Source: an uncultured Dehalococcoidales bacterium
GTDB lineage: Bacteria; Chloroflexota; Dehalococcoidia; Dehalococcoidales; UBA2162
Assembly (NCBI GenBank): GCA_964569715.1
Contig: CAZMUD010000002.1
Location: forward strand, 1 to 61,027
Reading direction: 5' to 3'
DNA: 61,027 bases
Of this stretch, positions 36,849 to 44,563 are shown in pieces. Positions within the stretch are counted from its first letter, which is position 1. Each line of letters starts with the position of its first letter. The notes under the pieces were generated by a model that saw only the letters and a program-made list of their open reading frames with translations, made no database searches and had not been told where the DNA came from. The position numbers and the translations under genes are program-made.

Positions 36849-38447
36849 GTGAACATCGCAACACTGGTTGAGGATAATATCAAGAGATTTGGGGAACGGG
36901 AGACCATCTATTTTGAAGGGAGATGGTATACCAATGTGGAGCGCAATAGAAATGCCAACCGACTGGGCAATGCCCTCAAGACTTTGGGCATAAAGAGGGG
37001 GGATAAGGTAGCTGTTCAGCTCGCCAACTGCCCCCCGGTGCTTTGGGCTTTTCCCGCCATTTTGAAGATTGGGGGCGTTGTTGTTCCCCTTAGCCCCGTG
37101 CTGCGCCCCGATGAGGCTGCCTACATCTACCAGGATTCGGGGGTGGTGGCGGTGATAAGCAGCAGTGACTACCTGGAACGGATAAGAGAGGCCCAGAAAG
37201 AGGTAACCGGGCTCAAGCATATAATCCTGGTGGATAAAGAGGACGAACCAGGCACCATTTCGTATGAGAAGATAATGGCCGGAAGCTCGGATGAGCTGGT
37301 CATTGAGGAAAGGGATAATGACGACGTAGCTACCCTCATGTACACGGCGGGCACCACGGGAAAGCCCAAAGGGGTGATGCATACCCACTATTCCCTCTAT
37401 ACCAACTGTGCCGGGCTCTTAGAAACGATAATGGTGTCACGCTCGACAACGCTGAAGACTGTCATCGGAACTAGGGAACCCGAAACAGGCCAGCTTGTGG
37501 AAGAGGTGCAGGAGGTCAATGGATTGGATACAGACCAAAGCTCGCTTGGCGTCCTTCCTCTTTCCCACTCTTTCGGGATAGCGGTGATGAATGTTGGCTA
37601 TCTCGTTGCGGGAAGGAGCATTCTGATGAAGTGGTGGAACGTGGAGGAGGCGTTGAAAGCCATCGAGCACTTCCGCATTACCACTTTTGCTGGTGTTCCC
37701 ACTATGTATGTGCAGGTTCTCAACTTCCCCGACCTTGACAAGTATGACCTCAGTTCTATTCAATATTGTGCCTGTGGCTCCGCACCTCTGCCTGTGGAAG
37801 TGATTCGTGCCTGGAAGGAGAAATTCGGCCTGGATATTGGCGAGGGGTGGGGCTTGACCGAGGCGGGGGCAAACAACTCCGGCCAGCCCGCGGGCCGCCC
37901 ACCTAAATACGGCTCCATTGGTAAATGCCTCCAAAGGTGCAATACGATGAAGATATTCGATGAGGAGGGAAAGGAAGTCCCCCAGGGCCAGGTGGGTGAG
38001 ATTGTCATCAAAGGCCCCACTATCATGAAGGGATACTGGAACATGCCTGAAGAAACCGCCGAGGTCATCAAGGACGGCTGGCTCTACACTGGAGACATCG
38101 GCTATGTAGATGAAGACGGCTATTTTTACATCACAGAGAGGAAGAAAGACCTCATCATCAGGGGAGGTGAGAACGTCTATCCAAAGGAAGTGGAGGAGAT
38201 ACTCTATCAGCATCCCAAGGTCATGGAGGCAGGGGTAATTGGTATTCCCGACAAGGTTTACGGAGAGGAGATAAAGGCTTTTGTCGCTCTGAAGCCCGGT
38301 GAATCAGCTACAGCCGAGGAGCTCATCGCCTTTTGTAAAGAACGGCTGGCCACTTTCAAGACGCCGAAGTCGGTGCAATTGATGGATTCCCTGCCGAAGA
38401 GTCTTATCGGTAAGATACTGAGAAAAGAACTCAGGGCACTGGGGTAA
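36849..38447 (+). CDS. AMP-forming acyl-CoA synthetase/ligase
   Basis: YTAGTTGKPKGV AMP-binding motif, GEIVIKGP, YTGDIGY and GKILRKEL. Confidence 0.9.
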   Translation: MNIATLVEDNIKRFGERETIYFEGRWYTNVERNRNANRLGNALKTLGIKRGDKVAVQLANCPPVLWAFPAILKIGGVVVPLSPVLRPDEAAYIYQDSGVVAVISSSDYLERIREAQKEVTGLKHIILVDKEDEPGTISYEKIMAGSSDELVIEERDNDDVATLMYTAGTTGKPKGVMHTHYSLYTNCAGLLETIMVSRSTTLKTVIGTREPETGQLVEEVQEVNGLDTDQSSLGVLPLSHSFGIAVMNVGYLVAGRSILMKWWNVEEALKAIEHFRITTFAGVPTMYVQVLNFPDLDKYDLSSIQYCACGSAPLPVEVIRAWKEKFGLDIGEGWGLTEAGANNSGQPAGRPPKYGSIGKCLQRCNTMKIFDEEGKEVPQGQVGEIVIKGPTIMKGYWNMPEETAEVIKDGWLYTGDIGYVDEDGYFYITERKKDLIIRGGENVYPKEVEEILYQHPKVMEAGVIGIPDKVYGEEIKAFVALKPGESATAEELIAFCKERLATFKTPKSVQLMDSLPKSLIGKILRKELRALG

Positions 38448-38503
38448 CCGGGTTTGGGTAGGATGGCAATCTCTTCGACTCCACTATTGTGGGTCACGGC
38501 TCT

Positions 38504-40219
38504 TCATCGACGACGGATGACAGCTAAATAGATAATCGCTACCAGAACTATACAGGCAGTAATGATACCGCCTGGAAGCCACCAGTTAATCGGCTTTGGT
38601 GGTGTCCTGACCACAAATGTCCCTGATAGACCGTCAACGGTTACGGCACAGGTTCCGGCAGTATGCCTAACTATAGTGAAGGTTACTTCTTCACTGGCGC
38701 CGCTTTCCAGGGTTACCTCCCTGGTAGCCACCACCGCATTATCTATCCTGAGGGTTAGTTTATAGCTGCCAGCAAGCTCACCGGTATTGGTTATGAGGGT
38801 AGTGATGGTTACCTCTTCACCAATATCAACCTCAGCCGGAGTTATGGATAGTTCACTGGTGGCAAAGGTAGTCGGGCCCCTGACCACAAATGTCCCTGAT
38901 AGACCGTCAACGGTTACGGCATAGATTCCAGCAACATCCTTAGCTGCGGTGAAGGTTACTTCTTCACTGGCACCACCTTCCAGGGTTACCTCCCTGGTAG
39001 CCACCACCGCATTATCTATCCTGAGGGTTAGTTTATAGCTGCCAGCAAGCTCACCGGTATTGGTTATGAGGGTAGTGATGGTTACCTCTTCACCAATATC
39101 AACCTCAGCCGGAGTTATGGATAGTTCGCTGGCGACAAAGGTAGCCGGGCCAGTGTAAGCCAGAATGGTAAAAGTGGTGAAGTGACTGACTGGCGCGGTG
39201 ATGGTATTGGTCTCAGGGTTAACGGTGCCGCCGACAAGCATAACCCACTCACCGGTTGCCTCATCCCACATAGTCATGAGCAGGTTCTCTTCGGCAACGC
39301 CCTCGGGCATCAGTGACTCGTCATAGGTGATGGTGAGAGTTATCGGCGGGTCAAAGGTAGCCCCTTCGGGTCCGAGGTCATAAGTGAGGCCAATAATATC
39401 GAAATTCTCAGGCGGAGCCAGCCAATCTTCCATCTCGGTCATAGCTATCTCGGTAAGTCGGTCACCCTCCCGGCTAAGCCCCCTGGTGCCCTCGTCAATG
39501 GTTAGCTCACATTTGCCGTCAACAGATTCAGCAACGACTGTCCCGGTGAATGTGCCATCGGCACTGACGAAGCCTGACACATCGGTAGTGCCTGGTGGTA
39601 GAGCCGGTGGCAGAGGCATTTCCTCCTCTTCTTCCTCATCATCTCCACCTCCACCGGGCCCACCACCTCCGCCACCTGAGCTGTATGTGACTGAGCCTAC
39701 CGTTTGAACTGTTTGAGATGAAGGTAAAAGAGCACGTAAAAGAGCAATAACCGAAATCCCGCTAACGCTAACTCCTATAAGCTCTCCGACCACACTGTAG
39801 GTACCAGATTGACTCCCCGAAGGGAATTGTAGGGGTACAGTCTCATTTACCGAGGTAGTCTGGCCCGCTTCTTTGGGAAAGTCCGTTATAGTTACAGTAT
39901 ACCCCGAATTCAGTGTTACGTTGGCACCACTCGCCTGGTGTCTAGCTATGATACTACCGGTGATTTCGGCTTCGTTGGCTAAAGAAAATGGTAATGGTAA
40001 GGTTTTATTACAAGTTGCCGTAGCTTCAATCATAGCGTAAAAAACCTCACTCCCCGTAACCTGAGACTTGCTGAGTTCCACAGTAGAGGTATATTCGAAA
40101 TACTCCCCCAGACTAATGGCAGCTGCCGGCTTTGAAGTGATGGGGAGGAGGCACAGCGCTAAAATCAGGGCGATTATCAAGCGCCATAAAATCCCCGCCG
40201 GCGATGTTTTTCGTCTCAT
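38504..40219 (-). CDS. Cell-surface protein with signal peptide, Gly/Glu-rich linker, two CARDB-like repeats and a C-terminal TM anchor
   Basis: N-terminal hydrophobic signal ending AAA, a GGGGGGPGGGGDDEEEEEE linker, two 91-aa repeats (SELSITPAEVDIGEEVTITTLITNTG...), and a C-terminal WWLPGGIITACIVLVAIIYLAVIRRR. Confidence 0.85.
   Translation of the reverse strand: MRRKTSPAGILWRLIIALILALCLLPITSKPAAAISLGEYFEYTSTVELSKSQVTGSEVFYAMIEATATCNKTLPLPFSLANEAEITGSIIARHQASGANVTLNSGYTVTITDFPKEAGQTTSVNETVPLQFPSGSQSGTYSVVGELIGVSVSGISVIALLRALLPSSQTVQTVGSVTYSSGGGGGGPGGGGDDEEEEEEMPLPPALPPGTTDVSGFVSADGTFTGTVVAESVDGKCELTIDEGTRGLSREGDRLTEIAMTEMEDWLAPPENFDIIGLTYDLGPEGATFDPPITLTITYDESLMPEGVAEENLLMTMWDEATGEWVMLVGGTVNPETNTITAPVSHFTTFTILAYTGPATFVASELSITPAEVDIGEEVTITTLITNTGELAGSYKLTLRIDNAVVATREVTLEGGASEEVTFTAAKDVAGIYAVTVDGLSGTFVVRGPTTFATSELSITPAEVDIGEEVTITTLITNTGELAGSYKLTLRIDNAVVATREVTLESGASEEVTFTIVRHTAGTCAVTVDGLSGTFVVRTPPKPINWWLPGGIITACIVLVAIIYLAVIRRR
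38606..39151. repeat. 2 x 273-bp tandem repeat inside the surface-protein gene
   Basis: 38707-38856 is identical to 38980-39129. A ~30-bp patch (about 38646-38680 vs 38919-38953) is strongly diverged. Confidence 0.9.
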
Positions 40220-40373
40220 TTCTTCACCACCCTGCCTCTATATACTTTATCACCAAACCAGTAGCTTCACAACCAGCTTTTCAGTCGCCAGGCAAGCGTT
40301 TCAACTCATTGCCGTGCCGAGCTGTGATTGATAGTGAAGCAGAATCTTTGTAGGGTGAGATAAATAAGGTCTT

Positions 40374-40685
40374 GTGGGGAGAGATACGGTCTTTTCCGAC
40401 AGCCACTGACACCTGGATAGATACCGACCTGAACTGCTGGCAGAGGTGCTTGAGCAAGCGAGCGTAAAACAGGTTGGTATCATGGTCAGCATAGGGATGA
40501 CCGTGGAATCTTCAGCAGAGACTGTGCGCCTGGCTCAGTCTTATGAGGTGGTGCTAGCTGCAGTCGGGATTCACCCCTGGAATGCAGTGTCACCAACTGA
40601 TGAGATACGCCGGCACCTTGCCGAACTTGCTAGGCAGGAACAGGTTGTTGCCATTGGTGAAATAGGGCTGGCACTGTCCCTAATG
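40374..40685 (+). pseudogene. TatD-family hydrolase remnant (in-frame TGA, 3' truncated)
   Basis: Translation VGRDTVFSDSH*HLDRYRPELLAEVLEQ...AAVGIHPWNA...VVAIGEIGL covers only about the first 100 residues of TatD. TGA at 40407-40409 sits where the DSHCHLD Cys codon is expected. Homology is lost after GEIGL, where the convergent gene begins. Confidence 0.7.
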
Positions 40686-41462
40686 CTAGTTCAAAGCAGT
40701 TACGAGTTCCTGCCTAGCCGTGTCAGGCTCTTTCAAGGTTATGCGGAGCCTTTGGCTGGGGTTGATTCCTAATCTCGGCGAAAGCCTAAACTTCTTGGGC
40801 AAGCTGGAAGAGGTACTTTTCGTCAGTGGTTCCTCCTCTACTTTGTCTACCTCAGCCATATTAGCTAGCGCAATTACGAGACTGGAGTGTGTGGTGGAGT
40901 ATGGCCGGATGGTGATGACAGTGCCGTGGTTCCAGGAGCCAACCGTGCAGATGATACTATCAAAGCCATCATGAAGTATCTCTGCCAACTGGTATATAAA
41001 TCTCAAAAGACAGGCAGCATTGGCTGACGGAGGTATAACCAGTTCAACTGTGTCTTCAACAAGATCAGCACACTCCTTTGATGAGTGCCTATCCCGATAA
41101 ACCTGCCTGATAGCCTGGGTAAGTTCTGTATGTGTTGTATCTTTGAGGAGGTAGCTGGCTGCTCCGGCCTCTATGGCCTCGGCCCGATAATGCCCCGACT
41201 CAGCTAAGATGATGACGTCAATGCCGGAATACAGGTTGTTTCTTTTCAAACTGCGGGTAGCCTCAAGCCAGTTCATTCCTGTCGTCCACGTGCCCATAAT
41301 AATGATTTCAGTGTGGAGTCTTATCATTTCGAAGAGGGCTTCCTCAGCATTAGCGTAGTCACCCACGATTTTCATGTCCTCCTCCGATTCCAGCATGTGC
41401 CGTAACCCGTAGCGAACGAGTTCGCGGCCATCAACTAAGACGATTCCGATAACTTTATTCAT
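40686..41462 (-). CDS. Atypical (pseudo-)receiver-domain protein with an unknown ~130-aa C-terminal domain
   Basis: NarL-like receiver fold (IVLVDG..., ILAES, YLLKD), but the phospho-acceptor position reads IIIMGTW (Gly instead of Asp). No recognisable HTH. Confidence 0.7.
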   Translation of the reverse strand: MNKVIGIVLVDGRELVRYGLRHMLESEEDMKIVGDYANAEEALFEMIRLHTEIIIMGTWTTGMNWLEATRSLKRNNLYSGIDVIILAESGHYRAEAIEAGAASYLLKDTTHTELTQAIRQVYRDRHSSKECADLVEDTVELVIPPSANAACLLRFIYQLAEILHDGFDSIICTVGSWNHGTVITIRPYSTTHSSLVIALANMAEVDKVEEEPLTKSTSSSLPKKFRLSPRLGINPSQRLRITLKEPDTARQELVTALN

Positions 41463-41581
41463 TGTATTCCTCCCTACTAAAGAATCTGAGAGTGTCCGTA
41501 GCTCTTAGGTTTTCCTACTACCTCTTTCTTCCATTATTCGTCTCCTTTCTGTGATTGTGAGGAAGGGTTACTAGCGCCTTC

Positions 41582-41857
41582 CTAGTTTGGCGAAAATTTG
41601 CGTGGTGTTACTTGGTACATGGGAAAGATGGCTGACCCGTTTATCCTGCCGCTGATATTTCTTGCCCCTTTTCTTTCGGTCATGACATGAGCAATATCGC
41701 GGGGAGGTGTTTTCTGGATGGCAGCCCTCATCCCTACGTCGCTGGCATGAGACCTGCGGAACTCTCTCATGCGTTCATTGTGTTCCTGAAAAGACTCCCT
41801 GCCATTCCCACCGTTGGGGTCAAACCGGTTATCTCTGTTATTCCATATCATTGTCAT
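41582..41857 (-). CDS. Hypothetical basic protein (91 aa)
   Basis: ORF only, with weak GAAGG upstream. Overlaps an antisense ORF of similar size. Confidence 0.35.
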   Translation of the reverse strand: MTMIWNNRDNRFDPNGGNGRESFQEHNERMREFRRSHASDVGMRAAIQKTPPRDIAHVMTERKGARNISGRINGSAIFPMYQVTPRKFSPN

Positions 41858-41929
41858 TTTTCCATACCTTCTATTGATGAATAATTCTTTTTGCCAATAG
41901 CTGCTCAGAATGCTTCTGGCTATCCTTTT

Positions 41930-42457
41930 CTAATCTACAGTCAGGTAAAACCGGGGAGAAAGGCTACCTCCATCAACATCGGTGTTAGTGCAGTAAAAAC
42001 TGCCGCTATCAATGGTGATTTTGTATTTTGCATACCCCGATAGGGTGAAGCTCACCCGAGCATCGTGCAATGTAATGAAGGTATCGGGAATCGGTGCGCT
42101 GCCACCCATAGATACCTTCTCCCACTGACCAGCATTACTCTCGACATAGCCCCCCACCTTGAGGATTAGGTAGCGATAGTAGTGGGAAAGTTCTTGCGTG
42201 TTGGTGAGATACAGGGTGACCTCGATGTCAGCAGTGTTACTGGTAGCGTCAATGTAGAAGAGGTCACCGGGGGTAGTGACGCCGCCGATTGCTCTTCGGA
42301 ATACGGTCCAAGTTGGTGCTGCTGAAGCTTCAGCGACCTCTATCCGGACTGTCTCCTGTCCAATCACGCCATCGCTTACATCATGGGCGAAGGCTACCGG
42401 CCAAGGGGCGAGCAGTAATACGGCTAAAAGGGGAAACATCTTCTTAATGAAGTGCAT
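41930..42457 (-). CDS. Secreted protein of unknown function (signal peptide; beta-rich)
   Basis: MHFIKKMFPLLAVLLLAPWPVAFA signal. AAGGGGG lies 8 nt upstream of ATG 42457. The ORF-track start at 42484 would overlap the predicted -10 element. Confidence 0.7.
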   Translation of the reverse strand: MHFIKKMFPLLAVLLLAPWPVAFAHDVSDGVIGQETVRIEVAEASAAPTWTVFRRAIGGVTTPGDLFYIDATSNTADIEVTLYLTNTQELSHYYRYLILKVGGYVESNAGQWEKVSMGGSAPIPDTFITLHDARVSFTLSGYAKYKITIDSGSFYCTNTDVDGGSLSPRFYLTVD

Positions 42458-42483
42458 TGTCGACCCCCTTTGTTTTACCTTCA

Positions 42484-42549
42484 AGTCTAGGGAGGCCGAC
42501 TCACAACCATATCACAAGGCGTGTCTGAACCCTTACAGAGAAATCACAA
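42484..42549 (-). promoter_or_regulatory. Direct-repeat operator plus -10 element (copy c) upstream of the secreted-protein gene
   Basis: Reverse strand: TTGTGAT...TTGTGAT-ATGG-TTGTGAG, 10-nt spacer, TAGACT. Same 66-nt architecture as copies a, b and d. Confidence 0.6.
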
Positions 42550-42578
42550 ATAGGGATTAGTTTCTGACTGAGGCTTGG

Positions 42579-42790
42579 CTACCCGGCTGTTACCTCGGCA
42601 CGCTTTAGCTTTGCCTGAATGCGAGCCACAAGTTCCCGTGTGCGGAACGGCTTTCTCACGTAGTCGTCCGCACCGAGCGCCAAAGCCTTATGCAGTGAGG
42701 TCACTTTGCACCTTACGGTGAGCATAATATCCAGGATAACTAAATCTGGCTTACACTCTTTCAGTATGGCTAGTGCTGAGCTGCCGTTGG
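42579..42790 (-). pseudogene. Receiver-domain fragment of a decayed OmpR-family regulator (paralog of 4863..5558), part B
   Basis: Reverse translation ...VANGSSALAILKECKPDLVILDI/MLTVRCKVTSLHKALALGADDYVRKPFRTRELVARIQAKLKRAEVTAG*. High DNA identity to 4960-5235, with a 69-bp internal deletion and no winged-helix domain. Confidence 0.8.
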
Positions 42791-43566
42791 CTACTATGTG
42801 CTTATGAAGGAGGGTTACTATCTGGTCAGGTCTTCTGCTGCATTATGTAGCCTATTCCTGACTTAGTCAGTATATATTTGGGGTTCTTGGCGTCGTCCTT
42901 TAGCTTCTGCCTAAGTCGGGCCATATTTACCTGAAGCAGGTGGGCCTCGCCGATATATTCCTCCCCCCACACCGTCTCTATTATCTGGTCAGGGGTAACC
43001 ACCCGGCCGGCGTTGTGTATCAGGTATGCTAGCAGCCTGTACTCGGTAGCGGTTAAATTCACTTCCTGGCTACTTACGGTGACCTTGTGTCGGACAAAGT
43101 CTATCACCAAGTCTTGGAAAGAGAAAGCTGGCTCGGGATGCTCATCCCAGAGCCTAGTGCGGCGCAGCACTGCCCTCACTCGAGCCACCAGTTCGTTGGA
43201 AGAGAAGGGCTTGGTCACATAGTCGTCAGCTCCGGCATCTAGCCCTTGGACTTTTTCTTCGTCACCGTTCTTGGCGGTAATCATAATTATTGGTAGCTGC
43301 GAAAATTCGCGAATGTTCCGACACACGGTATATCCGTCTATATCAGGCAACATAATGTCCAGCAACACCAGTTCTGGGGTTTTCTCATCAAATATATCCA
43401 GAGCAGCTACCCCGTTGCTGGCGGTGAGTACGCAGTAGCCCTCAAGCTCCAGCATACGCTGCAACATGCGCAATATGTGAGTATCGTCATCGACCACTAG
43501 CACCGACACTTTTCTTGATGGCATGTTAATATCACCTTTTCTGATGCAGGATGCGGGTAACAGCTT
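42789..43566. repeat. Direct repeat copy 1 (778 bp)
   Basis: Matches 43786..44563 at a 997-bp offset, with a single mismatch seen (43551 A vs 44548 G). Confidence 0.9.
42826..43524 (-). CDS. OmpR/PhoB-family response regulator, duplicate copy 1
   Basis: 232-aa product identical to that of 43823..44521. Confidence 0.9.
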   Translation of the reverse strand: MPSRKVSVLVVDDDTHILRMLQRMLELEGYCVLTASNGVAALDIFDEKTPELVLLDIMLPDIDGYTVCRNIREFSQLPIIMITAKNGDEEKVQGLDAGADDYVTKPFSSNELVARVRAVLRRTRLWDEHPEPAFSFQDLVIDFVRHKVTVSSQEVNLTATEYRLLAYLIHNAGRVVTPDQIIETVWGEEYIGEAHLLQVNMARLRQKLKDDAKNPKYILTKSGIGYIMQQKT

Positions 43567-43568
43567 GC

Positions 43569-43613
43569 CTACTTGGTCATCTCTACCACCATGATGTATG
43601 GGCGGCTCTTCAT
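43569..43613 (-). pseudogene. 5' fragment (14 codons) of the decayed regulator paralog, part A
   Basis: Reverse strand ATGAAGAGCCGCCCATACATCATGGTGGTAGAG... parallels ATGGAGGACAGACCACGCATCATGGTGGTAGAT... of the 4863 gene. The stop falls exactly at the repeat junction. Confidence 0.7.
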
Positions 43614-43647
43614 TGGCAGCAAGCCCTCGTTCAGTTTTTCTGCTTTC

Positions 43648-43713
43648 AGACTACGGTAGCCATCTCACATTTACATCAAGAAGAGGCCTCAAAACCTCAC
43701 AAAGAAATCACAG
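43648..43713 (-). promoter_or_regulatory. Direct-repeat operator plus -10 element (copy d)
   Basis: Reverse strand: CTGTGAT-TTCT-TTGTGAG...ATGTGAG, 10-nt spacer, TAGTCT. About 80% identical to copy a, including the downstream leader. Confidence 0.55.
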
Positions 43714-43744
43714 AGAGCCGATAGCTTCATGTGACTTGAAAGGA

Positions 43745-43779
43745 GAATAAAAGGGGGTCTTCCAATTTGAGGAAGACCC
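43745..43779 (-). terminator. Intrinsic terminator after regulator copy 2
   Basis: GGGTCTTCC / GGAAGACCC stem; on the minus strand it is followed by CCTTTTATTC. Confidence 0.65.
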
Positions 43780-43785
43780 GTTGTC

Positions 43786-44563
43786 GGCTACTATGTGCTT
43801 ATGAAGGAGGGTTACTATCTGGTCAGGTCTTCTGCTGCATTATGTAGCCTATTCCTGACTTAGTCAGTATATATTTGGGGTTCTTGGCGTCGTCCTTTAG
43901 CTTCTGCCTAAGTCGGGCCATATTTACCTGAAGCAGGTGGGCCTCGCCGATATATTCCTCCCCCCACACCGTCTCTATTATCTGGTCAGGGGTAACCACC
44001 CGGCCGGCGTTGTGTATCAGGTATGCTAGCAGCCTGTACTCGGTAGCGGTTAAATTCACTTCCTGGCTACTTACGGTGACCTTGTGTCGGACAAAGTCTA
44101 TCACCAAGTCTTGGAAAGAGAAAGCTGGCTCGGGATGCTCATCCCAGAGCCTAGTGCGGCGCAGCACTGCCCTCACTCGAGCCACCAGTTCGTTGGAAGA
44201 GAAGGGCTTGGTCACATAGTCGTCAGCTCCGGCATCTAGCCCTTGGACTTTTTCTTCGTCACCGTTCTTGGCGGTAATCATAATTATTGGTAGCTGCGAA
44301 AATTCGCGAATGTTCCGACACACGGTATATCCGTCTATATCAGGCAACATAATGTCCAGCAACACCAGTTCTGGGGTTTTCTCATCAAATATATCCAGAG
44401 CAGCTACCCCGTTGCTGGCGGTGAGTACGCAGTAGCCCTCAAGCTCCAGCATACGCTGCAACATGCGCAATATGTGAGTATCGTCATCGACCACTAGCAC
44501 CGACACTTTTCTTGATGGCATGTTAATATCACCTTTTCTGATGCAGGGTGCGGGTAACAGCTT
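43786..44563. repeat. Direct repeat copy 2 (778 bp)
   Basis: See copy 1. Confidence 0.9.
43823..44521 (-). CDS. OmpR/PhoB-family response regulator, duplicate copy 2 (last gene of the kinase/receiver operon)
   Basis: VLVVDDD, LVLLDIMLPDIDG and a winged-helix LTATEYRLLAYL...GYIM. Confidence 0.92.
   Translation of the reverse strand: MPSRKVSVLVVDDDTHILRMLQRMLELEGYCVLTASNGVAALDIFDEKTPELVLLDIMLPDIDGYTVCRNIREFSQLPIIMITAKNGDEEKVQGLDAGADDYVTKPFSSNELVARVRAVLRRTRLWDEHPEPAFSFQDLVIDFVRHKVTVSSQEVNLTATEYRLLAYLIHNAGRVVTPDQIIETVWGEEYIGEAHLLQVNMARLRQKLKDDAKNPKYILTKSGIGYIMQQKT

Noticed and set aside
37437-38213. Long antisense or same-strand shadow ORFs: 37437..38213(-), 36774..37388(-), 47290..47928(+), 33744..34334(-), 45029..45526(+), 50801..51349(-, off-frame), 32852..33361(+), 10974..11339(-), and others.
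   Set aside because: Each lies inside a gene with clear family motifs on the other strand or frame. None has a recognisable motif or RBS. They are typical shadow ORFs in moderately GC-rich coding DNA.
38606-39151. Diversity-generating retroelement as the cause of the hypervariable patch in the surface-protein repeats.
   Set aside because: The differences are not restricted to adenine positions, and no reverse transcriptase or template repeat is present in the window.
40407-40409. TGA replacing the Cys codon of the TatD DSHCHLD motif as a possible selenocysteine.
   Set aside because: The gene is truncated after about 100 codons, and I saw no convincing hairpin right after the TGA. A nonsense mutation in a decaying gene is more parsimonious.
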